Below are positions 7,767-16,260 of a stretch of 26,893 nucleotides of DNA, piece by piece. Position 1 is the first letter of the stretch; the number at the start of each line of letters is the position of its first letter. Below the pieces are notes generated by a model that was not told the origin of the DNA, did no database searches, and was given only the letters and a program-made list of their open reading frames with translations. Position numbers and translations under genes: made by a program. Source of the stretch: Opitutales bacterium (GTDB lineage Bacteria > Verrucomicrobiota > Verrucomicrobiia > Opitutales > PNEW01). Where the stretch lies: positions 1 through 26,893 of the forward strand of contig CBDANS010000003.1 in assembly GCA_965197745.1 (NCBI GenBank), in the 5' to 3' direction.

Positions 7767-9497
7767 ATGAAGAGGATATACGTAGTTCTAATGATAGTTA
7801 CGATCGCTCTGCCGGGCATTGCCGGGGCAAATGACGAGCTACTTAAACTTCAGGAAGATGACTCTCAGTGGGTGATGCCTGGTAAAAATTATGCCGGCAC
7901 CCGATATAGTCCACTGGATCAGATAAACGGGTGGACGGTTAAAAAATTAAAACCTGTCTGGACATTTTCGACGGGAGTATTGCGAGGACATGAAGGGGCG
8001 CCCTTAGTAGTCGGCGAAACGATGTATGTTCATACTCCTTTTCCCAATATTGTTTACGCTTTAGATTTAAGCAGAGAAGGCGCTCCCATGATATGGAAAT
8101 ACGTCCCCAAGCAGAATGAGGAAGTCATCCCTGTCGCCTGTTGTGACACGGTCAATCGCGGGTTAGCCTATGCCGAGGGTAAAATCTTTCTCTCTCAATT
8201 GGACACCCACCTGGTCGCCTTAAACGCAGAGACCGGGGAAGAAATCTGGAAAGTCAAACAAGGGGATTATCGTCAGGGGATGACGATCACAAGCGCTCCA
8301 TTAGTGATCAAAGATAAAGTGATTTCCGGAATAAGCGGCGGTGAATTTGGGGTCCGTGGTTTCGTGACCGCAAATGACATCAATACCGGGGAACAAGTGT
8401 GGCGAATGTATAGCACCGGGCCGGAGGAAGAAGTCGGTTATCCAGGATCGATGGAAACCTGGAAGGGCGATGAATGGAAAAGAGGAGGAGGCACTACCTG
8501 GGGCTGGTACTCCTATGATCCTGAAATGGATTTACTTTATTACGGCACCGGTAATCCCGGCAGTTGGAACCCCGATCAACGACCCGGAGATAACAAATGG
8601 TCGATGACCATTTTCGCGCGCGATCCCGATACCGGAATTGCAAAGTGGGCTTACCAGAAAACGCCTCACGACGCATGGGACTATGACGGTGTGAATGAAA
8701 ACATTCTCGTAAACCTCAAAATCAATGATGTCTACAGAAAGGTCCTGGTTAACTTTGACCGCAACGGGTTTGGTTACACCATAGATCGTGCCACGGGCGA
8801 AGTACTCGTGGCTGAACCTTTTGTTCATGTGAGCTGGGCAAAAGGAATTGACCTTGAAAGCGGTCGTCCGATCGAAGATCCGACGAAGAGAACGTCATCG
8901 ACTAAAAACACCAAGAAAATCTATCCCGGAGCGATGGGTGGCAAGGACCAACAGCCAGCCTCCTATTCTCCCCTCACCGGTCTCTTCTACGTTCCAACGA
9001 TCAACGTGGGAATGGATTATGAAGGAGTGGAAGTAAAATACCAGGCAGGTCAACCTTATGTCGGCGCCATAGTCCGCATGTTTGCAGGACCCGGGGGAAA
9101 CCGGGGTGAGTTCATTGCCTGGGACGCGACAAAGGGTGAAAAAGTCTGGGGGGTGAAAGAAAATTTAGCAGCGTGGAGCGGCAGTCTTGTTACCGGTGGA
9201 GGCGTTGTCTTTTACGGAACGATGGAGGGCTGGTTTAAGGCAGTTCACGCCACGACAGGTAAAGTACTATGGAAATTTAAAACACCTTCCGGCATCATCG
9301 GCAATCCCATCACTTACAAATATAAGGGAAAACAGTATGTTGCCATACTCTCGGGTGTTGGCGGATGGGCAGGTATCGGCGCCGCCGCGGGAATTGGCGG
9401 GGAAGATCCCACGGCAGGTTTGGGAGCGCTGGGAGCTTTCGCTGACGTTGAAGGCATCAGTAACCTCGGAGGTGTCCTCACCGTATTTTCACTCTAA
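7767..9497 (+). CDS. xoxF: Lanthanide-dependent PQQ methanol dehydrogenase XoxF
   Basis: Signal peptide (AGA/NDELL), vicinal C125-C126 (ACCD), E193 (GGEFGVRG), N263 (GNP), D305-x-D307 (WDYDGVNE; MxaF has Ala at the second Asp), FDRNG and GVGGW. Followed by xoxJ and xoxG, with no mxaI. Confidence 0.96.
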   Translation: MKRIYVVLMIVTIALPGIAGANDELLKLQEDDSQWVMPGKNYAGTRYSPLDQINGWTVKKLKPVWTFSTGVLRGHEGAPLVVGETMYVHTPFPNIVYALDLSREGAPMIWKYVPKQNEEVIPVACCDTVNRGLAYAEGKIFLSQLDTHLVALNAETGEEIWKVKQGDYRQGMTITSAPLVIKDKVISGISGGEFGVRGFVTANDINTGEQVWRMYSTGPEEEVGYPGSMETWKGDEWKRGGGTTWGWYSYDPEMDLLYYGTGNPGSWNPDQRPGDNKWSMTIFARDPDTGIAKWAYQKTPHDAWDYDGVNENILVNLKINDVYRKVLVNFDRNGFGYTIDRATGEVLVAEPFVHVSWAKGIDLESGRPIEDPTKRTSSTKNTKKIYPGAMGGKDQQPASYSPLTGLFYVPTINVGMDYEGVEVKYQAGQPYVGAIVRMFAGPGGNRGEFIAWDATKGEKVWGVKENLAAWSGSLVTGGGVVFYGTMEGWFKAVHATTGKVLWKFKTPSGIIGNPITYKYKGKQYVAILSGVGGWAGIGAAAGIGGEDPTAGLGALGAFADVEGISNLGGVLTVFSL

Positions 9498-9504
9498 GTA
9501 TGAC

Positions 9505-9555
9505 GTGGTATTTCGGGTTCTTGAAAACGACTCCTGGCAAGAACCATTTTACCAC
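9505..9555 (+). other. Stem-loop 1 directly after the xoxF stop
   Basis: GTGGTA/TACCAC plus GGTTCTTG/CAAGAACC with an internal loop and a 14-nt terminal loop. Confidence 0.65.
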
Positions 9556-9577
9556 AATATCACCTCTATTATTAAAT

Positions 9578-9650
9578 GGAGAGGACAGGATTTGGGAACG
9601 GTAGTTAATAATTACCGTTCTCAAAGTAACTGCTCCTCTTCGATTTATTT
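9578..9650 (+). terminator. Long stem-loop 2 in the xoxF-xoxJ spacer (partial terminator or mRNA stabiliser)
   Basis: GGAGAGGA/TCCTCTTC, CAG/CTG and TTTGGGAACGGTAGTT/AATTACCGTTCTCAAA (stem 9578-9641). The mismatches are G-U wobbles, and GATTTATTT follows. Confidence 0.65.
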
Positions 9651-9696
9651 ATATCATAAATTTTATGTTTAAAGAATGTTTGTTCACAGAACTTAA

Positions 9697-10551
9697 ATGC
9701 CAGCTTCAATTTTTAAACGCATGCTGATGGCAACCAAAACTTTCAGCATAAGCGGTCTGTTTCTTCTCTTATCGCCCATTTTATTAATTGGCAGCGCCAT
9801 GAGTGGAGAAAATATTACACCGTTCAGGGTTGGTGTAGATCCCCGAAATCTTCCTTTTTCCAACAATCATTTGGAAGGATTTGAAATCAGGATTGCCGAT
9901 TTGGTAGCCAGAGAACTGGGAACAACCCCCAGTTATGTCTGGTGGGGGCAAAGAAGAGGATTCATTAGAAACACGATGAAAGCCACGCTGAAGGAAGGTC
10001 GATGTGATGTGGTTATGGGTGTTCCTAAAGGCTATGATCTGGTCAGTTGGACTAAGCCTTATTACCGAACTTCCTACGTATTTGTTTATCCGAAAACAAA
10101 GGCATATGATATTAACACCCTGGATGATCCAATTCTTAAGGATTTAAAAATTGGGGTTCATCTGCTTGGCAACGACTATATGAACCCACCTCCTGTTCAC
10201 GAATTGGGAAGAAGAGGCATTGTCGATAATGTAATTGGATATGACACCTTCTACGCGGAGGACAATCCACCGGGCACGATTATAGACGCCGTGGTGAAAG
10301 GTGATATTGATGTGGCCATTGTATGGGGACCGATTGGTGGATATTTTGCTAAAGAACAGAATGTGCCGCTAAATATTGTGCCTGTTCTCTCGAATGAGGA
10401 TGATCTTCCTTTCGCCTTTGATATATGCATGGGAGTCAGACATGGAGAAAAGGAATTAAAGGATCAGCTGGAAGCCATCCTGGATAGAAAGCAGGGTGAA
10501 ATCAGAAATATCCTCGAAGAATATGGAGTCCCGCTTTTACCGATCAATTAA
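9697..10551 (+). CDS. xoxJ: XoxJ/MxaJ-family periplasmic solute-binding protein
   Basis: DPRNLPFSN, GFE.RIA, WWGQRRGFIRNT, GRCDVVMGVP, TKPYYRTSYVFV, IDVAIVWGPIGGYF, MGVR and ILEEYGVP motifs; lies directly after xoxF. The start may be 9721 or 9727. Confidence 0.93.
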   Translation: MPASIFKRMLMATKTFSISGLFLLLSPILLIGSAMSGENITPFRVGVDPRNLPFSNNHLEGFEIRIADLVARELGTTPSYVWWGQRRGFIRNTMKATLKEGRCDVVMGVPKGYDLVSWTKPYYRTSYVFVYPKTKAYDINTLDDPILKDLKIGVHLLGNDYMNPPPVHELGRRGIVDNVIGYDTFYAEDNPPGTIIDAVVKGDIDVAIVWGPIGGYFAKEQNVPLNIVPVLSNEDDLPFAFDICMGVRHGEKELKDQLEAILDRKQGEIRNILEEYGVPLLPIN

Positions 10552-10571
10552 TAGTCTTAGGGACAGCTGTC

Positions 10572-11114
10572 ATGATTATTAAACTTTTAAGCGGTGAAAG
10601 CTACAAACAGGCATTGGTCATAGGTGGGTTGGCTTTTATTGCTTCTTTTATCAGTTCGATAATAGCGCTGGCCGAAAACGAAATCAAGGTGGAAGCAGCG
10701 ATCCCGACTTCTGATGAAGTTTATAAGCGTGTTTATGGTGGCTGGAGATGGTGGCATGTATACTGTTACCGTTGTCACGGATTAGACGCGCTCGGAAGCG
10801 CATTGGCGAGTAATCTTAGAGATTCAATTAAGTTATTAAGTTATGATGAGTTTCTCCAGACTGTTCGTGAGGGAAGGCCGACAAAGGGAATGCAAGCCTG
10901 GAGTGTCCTTCTCGATGATAAGCAGATAACTGATATTTACATTTATGTCATGGCGAGAAGTGATCAAGTACTGCCCGCAGGCAGACCCGATGAAGTCGGT
11001 GAAAATGAGACCCCCTGGATACCCCCCGTTAACTGGCCAACAGAACCATTCCCTGTGCCCAATCCGGAATCGCCGGCGGAAGTTAATGAAACAGTTTCGA
11101 CTGAACCGATTTAG
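10572..11114 (+). CDS. xoxG: XoxG-type monoheme cytochrome c (electron acceptor of XoxF)
   Basis: Signal/TM helix, CYRCH heme motif, axial Met candidate GMQAW, YIYVMARS..VLPAGRP family motif and a Pro/Glu-rich tail. Confidence 0.88.
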   Translation: MIIKLLSGESYKQALVIGGLAFIASFISSIIALAENEIKVEAAIPTSDEVYKRVYGGWRWWHVYCYRCHGLDALGSALASNLRDSIKLLSYDEFLQTVREGRPTKGMQAWSVLLDDKQITDIYIYVMARSDQVLPAGRPDEVGENETPWIPPVNWPTEPFPVPNPESPAEVNETVSTEPI

Positions 11115-11174
11115 TAATGAGTTTGACTTCGCGATGAATTGCTCAGTTCCCATAAATAATTACTGGGCTATTTA

Positions 11175-12494
11175 ATGCAAAAAGGAATATTGCGATTGAG
11201 CAACACCCCTACAATTACGACAGCTTTAGCACGGCTTTTCCCCGGGATTAATGCGCTCATAGCTATGGGAACGGTTGCCTTAATTTTATTGGGACAGGAT
11301 GTCGTATCGGGTAGTTCTCCTGACTCCGACCAGTTGAAAGCGATTAAGATTGGTCATCTCATATCCCGTTTCGGCCCCTTCGTAGCCGAAGGGGAATACG
11401 CCGCAATGGGAGCCCGTCTCGCTCTTGAGGAAGCCAATGTTCTTGCGGGTTTTTTCGGAAAGCGCTTCACCCTCTTAAATGAGAGTATCAGTGAACCGGG
11501 AATGGCGGAGCAAAAAGTCATAAAATTAATTCAGGAAAATAAAGTAACCGCAATTGTTGGTCATGTAGACTCAGTTACCTCTCTGAACATCAGCGAAGTA
11601 ACGCAGAAGCACGGAGTTCCATTTTTCAACTGTGATTCAATCGCCGGTAATTTAAGAGATGGAGACTGTCATCGATACACTTTCCATATTGAAGCGAATG
11701 CCGCAATGTATGTAAGCGCCGTCGGGCAATGGTTAATTCATAAAAAAAATCTCACCCAATGGTTTTTTCTGACGGATAAATCCACTAAAAATAAACTGAT
11801 TTATGAAACAGCGCGGACATATCTTATGAAAGAAAATGGGGAAGAAAGCGGAATCGAGGTAGTGCCAGCTGGTAAATCAAACTATCGCGTTACGCTTAAT
11901 AAGCTTAAGCGGGCTGATCCTGAAGTGGTATTTATCATTATGAATGACGAGGATCAAATTAATTTTCTCAAACAGTATAAAAAGCGTAACCTCCCCTACC
12001 AGGTAGTCAGTGCTCATCTCGATATTGCTAATCTTTGGAATGAAGATACGGTGTCATTAACGGGAGTATGGCCGACAATATGGTATCACGAACTCGTGCG
12101 TTACAGTGCGAGGGAGCTCAACAGCCGATTTTTCAAGAAATACCAAAAGCCCATGGACAGCGCGGCGTGGGCTAATTGGGCTGCGGTAAAAATGCTCGGT
12201 GAAGCGGTGATTAGAACCGAGAGCACGGACGGCTATACTTTGATCAAATACCTGGAAAGCAATCCACCATTTGACGGACACAAAGGACTGGCCCTGACTT
12301 TTCGATCATGGAATCATCAATTAAGACAGCCCATGCACCTGGTTACGCCGAGAACAATACCTGGAGATCGCCCGTGGGATATATTAGAGGTGGTGACCCC
12401 TGTTCCTTTACGCGAAATGAAGACCGATGGCGATCCTTTGGACACATTGGGCACTTCGCAATCTGAAAGTCGTTGTCAATTTGAATCCTTATAA
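11175..12494 (+). CDS. ABC-type solute-binding protein of the PQQ-dependent alcohol dehydrogenase-associated (LutA/Ped-type) family
   Basis: Branched-chain-type periplasmic binding protein with family-specific motifs WAAVKMLGEAV.RT, FDGHKG..LTFRSWNHQLRQP and C-terminal LDTLG...ESRC. The start is uncertain. Confidence 0.85.
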   Translation: MQKGILRLSNTPTITTALARLFPGINALIAMGTVALILLGQDVVSGSSPDSDQLKAIKIGHLISRFGPFVAEGEYAAMGARLALEEANVLAGFFGKRFTLLNESISEPGMAEQKVIKLIQENKVTAIVGHVDSVTSLNISEVTQKHGVPFFNCDSIAGNLRDGDCHRYTFHIEANAAMYVSAVGQWLIHKKNLTQWFFLTDKSTKNKLIYETARTYLMKENGEESGIEVVPAGKSNYRVTLNKLKRADPEVVFIIMNDEDQINFLKQYKKRNLPYQVVSAHLDIANLWNEDTVSLTGVWPTIWYHELVRYSARELNSRFFKKYQKPMDSAAWANWAAVKMLGEAVIRTESTDGYTLIKYLESNPPFDGHKGLALTFRSWNHQLRQPMHLVTPRTIPGDRPWDILEVVTPVPLREMKTDGDPLDTLGTSQSESRCQFESL

Positions 12495-12527
12495 ATACAC
12501 TATAAAAATTTAAGAAATTATACGCTT

Positions 12528-13514
12528 ATGAATAACGGAAATTTCCTATCGGGAACACTAACAATAATTATTGTCTTTGCTTTAGTCTCTTCGGCCCTGT
12601 TTACAAAATCGATAGCAAAGCCTTTAGCTTATGTATCTAACGAACGATCAAACAGTGTGACGGTTATCGATACGGCAACCGACGAGGTGATTGATACTAT
12701 TGCCGTAGGGGCACGTCCACGGGGGATAGGTCTCAACCCCGATGGTGCTGTACTTTACCTGGCCCTCGGCAGAGATGATGCAATAGGTATGGTCGATACG
12801 GCCAGCAGGAAAGAGATCGGTAAAATAATGTCGGGTTCAGATCCGGAAGCCTTCTCTGTGAGTCCGGATGGAAGTAAGATTTATGTATCCAATGAAGACG
12901 CGAACACGGCATCTGTTATCGATTCCAAAACACATCAGATATTAGCTATCATACCCGTTGGTATTGAACCGGAAGGTGTAGCCGTTAGTCCGGATGGGAA
13001 ATTGGTATATGTCACGGCTGAGACAACGCATACCGTATCGGTTATCAACACGACCTCGTTTGAAGTTACTGCCACCATACTGGTAGGGAGTCGTCCCCGT
13101 GCCGCGACCTTCAGTCCGGACGGAAAACGCGCTTATGTCACATCTGAAATCGGCGGCGTTGTTTCAGTCATCGACACCGAAAAAAGTGAGATAACCGATA
13201 CGATAAAACTGGAACACGGTGATACCCCCATTAAAGCGATGGGGGTCGTCGTCAGTCCCGATGGCAAGCAGGTTTATGTTGCAACCGGATGGGCCAACCT
13301 TGTCGCTGTGATAGATGCCGCGACCCATGTAGTGACAGAATATATACCGGTTGGAATGAGGGTCTGGGGACTGGCGCTCACTACCGATGGTAAAAAGCTC
13401 TATACCGCGAATGGCGTCTCCAATGACATTTCAGTCATTGATACCGAGAAGAAAGCAGTAATCGCGACTATTCCCGCAGGCGAGGGTCCCTGGGGAATTG
13501 CTATCGAGAGGTAA
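12528..13514 (+). CDS. PQQ-dependent catabolism-associated YVTN beta-propeller protein
   Basis: Signal peptide and seven about 42-aa blades (AYVSNE, GARPRG, GSDPE, GIEPEG, GSRPR, GMRVWG, GEGPWG). Confidence 0.9.
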   Translation: MNNGNFLSGTLTIIIVFALVSSALFTKSIAKPLAYVSNERSNSVTVIDTATDEVIDTIAVGARPRGIGLNPDGAVLYLALGRDDAIGMVDTASRKEIGKIMSGSDPEAFSVSPDGSKIYVSNEDANTASVIDSKTHQILAIIPVGIEPEGVAVSPDGKLVYVTAETTHTVSVINTTSFEVTATILVGSRPRAATFSPDGKRAYVTSEIGGVVSVIDTEKSEITDTIKLEHGDTPIKAMGVVVSPDGKQVYVATGWANLVAVIDAATHVVTEYIPVGMRVWGLALTTDGKKLYTANGVSNDISVIDTEKKAVIATIPAGEGPWGIAIER

Positions 13515-13624
13515 GGACACAAATAACAAGCTGTAAGTTATAAGGGGTAAAAAGAGACTCTATATAAAGGGATTCTGTTTTTCTTCTTGATATTAATGCT
13601 AAATTTGATTGTTTGTAGCCGCTT

Positions 13625-13825
13625 ATGACTATCGAGGAATCCAAACCGAGCAGCCAATCGAAAAACCCCTCTAATATGACGGAGATGGACGTAGAGGCTC
13701 TTTCGCGTTACGTAACCGACACGGGAAAAATCCTGGCACGCCGTATTACCGGGCTCACAGCTAAGCAGCAACGCCATATCACCAAGACAATCAAGCGAGC
13801 GCGCAATTTGCTGCTTATGAAGTAG
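13625..13825 (+). CDS. rpsR: 30S ribosomal protein S18 (short, Cys-free form)
   Basis: [35 protein letters not shown]. Confidence 0.96.
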   Translation: MTIEESKPSSQSKNPSNMTEMDVEALSRYVTDTGKILARRITGLTAKQQRHITKTIKRARNLLLMK

Positions 13826-13886
13826 TCCCTTATAAATTTCAGGATGAGAAAAAATCATCCTTTAAAACCGTCTATATCATAATATC

Positions 13887-14888
13887 TTGACGAGGATTTA
13901 CCGGGACCGACCTGAAGACATTGCCCAGGTCATCAATCTTTTATCAGAAGGTAGTGTTGTCGCAGTACCTACTGAGACCGTTTATGGTCTTGCTGCCGAC
14001 GCATTCAACGAAGAGGCCACCCGGCAGATTTTTAAGATGAAAGGACGCCCTTTCATTGATCCCTTGATTGTCCATACCCACGATCTGGAAGGAGTCAGCC
14101 GTATCGCCTCACTAAACAAAGCGGCGGTAAATCTCGCAGACAAGTTTTGGCCCGGCCCTTTGACAATAGTCCTTCCCAAAAAACCTGGAGTGCCAGCCAT
14201 AGTCACTGCCGATCTAAATACGGTAGCCGTTCGTATGCCGAAGCACCCTGTCCTGCGTAAGGTGCTTGAAGACTCCAGACTTTGTCTGGCCGCGCCCAGC
14301 GCTAATCCGTTCGGTTATCTAAGCCCGACAAGAATAGAACATGTGCTCGAATCCCTGGGTGAATTACTGGAGTATGCGCTCGATGGCGGTCCCTGCCCTA
14401 TTGGCATGGAGTCAACAATCATCGATGTCAGCAATCCAGAAAAGCCTGTCTTATTACGCCCTGGCGCCATTACCGTCGAGATGCTGAGTGAAGCAGTGGG
14501 ATTACCCATAGCAATCAATATCCCCAGGCATAAAGCCGCGTTAAAAAGACCCGAAGGGATGCCGGCCCCCGGCATGTTGCAAATGCATTACAGCCCCAAT
14601 ACCCCACTGATCATACTGGAACCCGGTAAATCGTCAGATAAAACAGACCTCCCTAACACAGCAGTAGTATATTTCAATCGCAAGGGGTCACAACCCACCC
14701 TAAAAAACGCGCGTGTTTATTGGCTGACAGAAGACGGAGATCTAGCCCAAGCGGCACGTAACCTGTATCATTTATTGCGGGCCATAGACGGCCAGGGTCA
14801 TGACACTATATATATCGAAGCGGTGCCTGAAGAAGGGATAGGAGCAGCTATCGTTGATCGAATAAAGCGAGCCTCTAAAGGTAATTAA
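13887..14888 (+). CDS. tsaC: L-threonylcarbamoyladenylate synthase (Sua5-type, YrdC + SUA5 domain)
   Basis: PTETVYGLAA, KGRP..DPLIVH, FWPGPLT, VAVRMP, AAPSAN, GMESTI, LLRPG and APGM...HYSP linker. TTG start. Confidence 0.95.
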   Translation: MTRIYRDRPEDIAQVINLLSEGSVVAVPTETVYGLAADAFNEEATRQIFKMKGRPFIDPLIVHTHDLEGVSRIASLNKAAVNLADKFWPGPLTIVLPKKPGVPAIVTADLNTVAVRMPKHPVLRKVLEDSRLCLAAPSANPFGYLSPTRIEHVLESLGELLEYALDGGPCPIGMESTIIDVSNPEKPVLLRPGAITVEMLSEAVGLPIAINIPRHKAALKRPEGMPAPGMLQMHYSPNTPLIILEPGKSSDKTDLPNTAVVYFNRKGSQPTLKNARVYWLTEDGDLAQAARNLYHLLRAIDGQGHDTIYIEAVPEEGIGAAIVDRIKRASKGN

Positions 14889-14914
14889 AAAACGGTCAGT
14901 ACCGCACCTTCGAC

Positions 14915-16231
14915 TTATTCCCCGGTTTGAGTTGCTTCGGATGGTTGCTTTAACACTTTCACCTGGGCTGATATCACTCTTGTCTCGTCGACCTCAGTAA
15001 CCGTGATATCCAGACCGTTAAACTTGAGTTTTTCGTGCGCCTGGGGGATATGACCGAGTTCCGCAGTAATAAGTCCGCTCACCGTTGATACCTCTTTATT
15101 CTCAATATCTATAGTAAGGATTTCTTCGAATTCATGTATTGGGGTGAGACCTGAAACGAGGTAAACATCCTTATTAAGCTGCTTAATCTGATCTTCTTCG
15201 TAATCAAATTCATCCTGGATCGACCCAACCAGGGTTTCAAAAATATTTTCCAGGGTGACGACGCCGGCCGTTCCCCCGAATTCATCGAGAACGAGGGCCA
15301 TATGCGTTCGCGAAATGAGCAGTTTTTGCAAAACCTTGTCGAGAGTTTCGTCGGTCATTACCCTGATGATGTCACGCTTGACCTGACGTAAATCGAGTTT
15401 TGATTTATCATCCGTAGAGCGAAAAATATCCTTGATATGAACAATGCCTAAGCACTGATCAAGGTCTCCTTCACAGAGAGGAAACCGTGTATGCCCTGTT
15501 CTTCGGGCTAATTCGATATTTTCTTCAATACTGTCATTAAGATCGAAAAACTGTAATTGATTGCGTGGCAGAATCACATCCTGAACGGTACGATTATGTA
15601 ATTCCAAAGTATTTTTAAGGGTCTTCTGTGCTACAGGAGAGAAGGACGGCATATCATCACCCAGAGATTGGAGTTGTGCTTCTATATCGAGAGTCTCCAG
15701 TTGCGCCCCAGGTTTAATTTTGAAAATACGTAATATTATTTGGGAAATCTGAGTGAGTAAATAAAGGAAGGGTCTGGTTATCAGTGAGACAATTTTAACA
15801 GCCCAGGCGGAACTGCGCAATGCCTGTACGGGGTACTGAAGCGCGAGCTCCCTGGGGATTAATTCACCAATCAGGTTGTGTGCACAGACAGCGGCAATAA
15901 ATGAAATCATGATAGAGACAGGTTCGATAATTCCTATACCGAAGAGCTCAAGTTTATTAAGGTAGTTTGCGATTATCGGGAAGAGGAGGACGCCATAACC
16001 GATAGTACAGGTGATTATACCCAGGCGTACCACTCGAATGGTTAAGTCAGCATGATCGAGGAGAAGAGCGAGACGTTTGTTTTCTTTTAAACGATCAAGC
16101 ACATCCTGATTGAAATGGCTGAAACGCAGCTTGATAAGACTGAACTCACAGGTAACAAGCAGCGCATTAAGCAGGAGCAACCCCAGGATACTAGCGAGAC
16201 GATATGTAAATTCTAAGTAAGCTGGGTTCAC
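14915..16231 (-). CDS. Hemolysin-family CNNM + CBS pair + CorC/HlyC membrane protein
   Basis: N-terminal TM domain (EFSLI, GELIP), HTRFP, GIVHIKD, HMALVLDEFGGTAGVVTLENIFE.LVG.IQDEFD and CorC C-terminus. Confidence 0.93.
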   Translation of the reverse strand: MNPAYLEFTYRLASILGLLLLNALLVTCEFSLIKLRFSHFNQDVLDRLKENKRLALLLDHADLTIRVVRLGIITCTIGYGVLLFPIIANYLNKLELFGIGIIEPVSIMISFIAAVCAHNLIGELIPRELALQYPVQALRSSAWAVKIVSLITRPFLYLLTQISQIILRIFKIKPGAQLETLDIEAQLQSLGDDMPSFSPVAQKTLKNTLELHNRTVQDVILPRNQLQFFDLNDSIEENIELARRTGHTRFPLCEGDLDQCLGIVHIKDIFRSTDDKSKLDLRQVKRDIIRVMTDETLDKVLQKLLISRTHMALVLDEFGGTAGVVTLENIFETLVGSIQDEFDYEEDQIKQLNKDVYLVSGLTPIHEFEEILTIDIENKEVSTVSGLITAELGHIPQAHEKLKFNGLDITVTEVDETRVISAQVKVLKQPSEATQTGE

Positions 16232-16260
16232 GGCTTATGGGAAAGCCCTCCTCTGCCGTC

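Noticed and set aside
7767..9497. Calcium-dependent MxaF or ExaF/PedH ethanol dehydrogenase
   Set aside because: The motif is WDYDG rather than WDYAG, no mxaI follows the cytochrome gene, and the MDH-type motifs with xoxJ/xoxG context do not fit ExaF/PedH.
9187..9672. 161-aa ORF overlapping the xoxF 3' end
   Set aside because: It is an alternate frame of xoxF running into the hairpin spacer, with no recognisable motif.
5485..13514. Lanmodulin, pqq genes, or mobile-element boundaries for the module
   Set aside because: No EF-hand protein, PqqA-like ExxxY peptide, integrase, transposase, tRNA or flanking direct repeat was seen.
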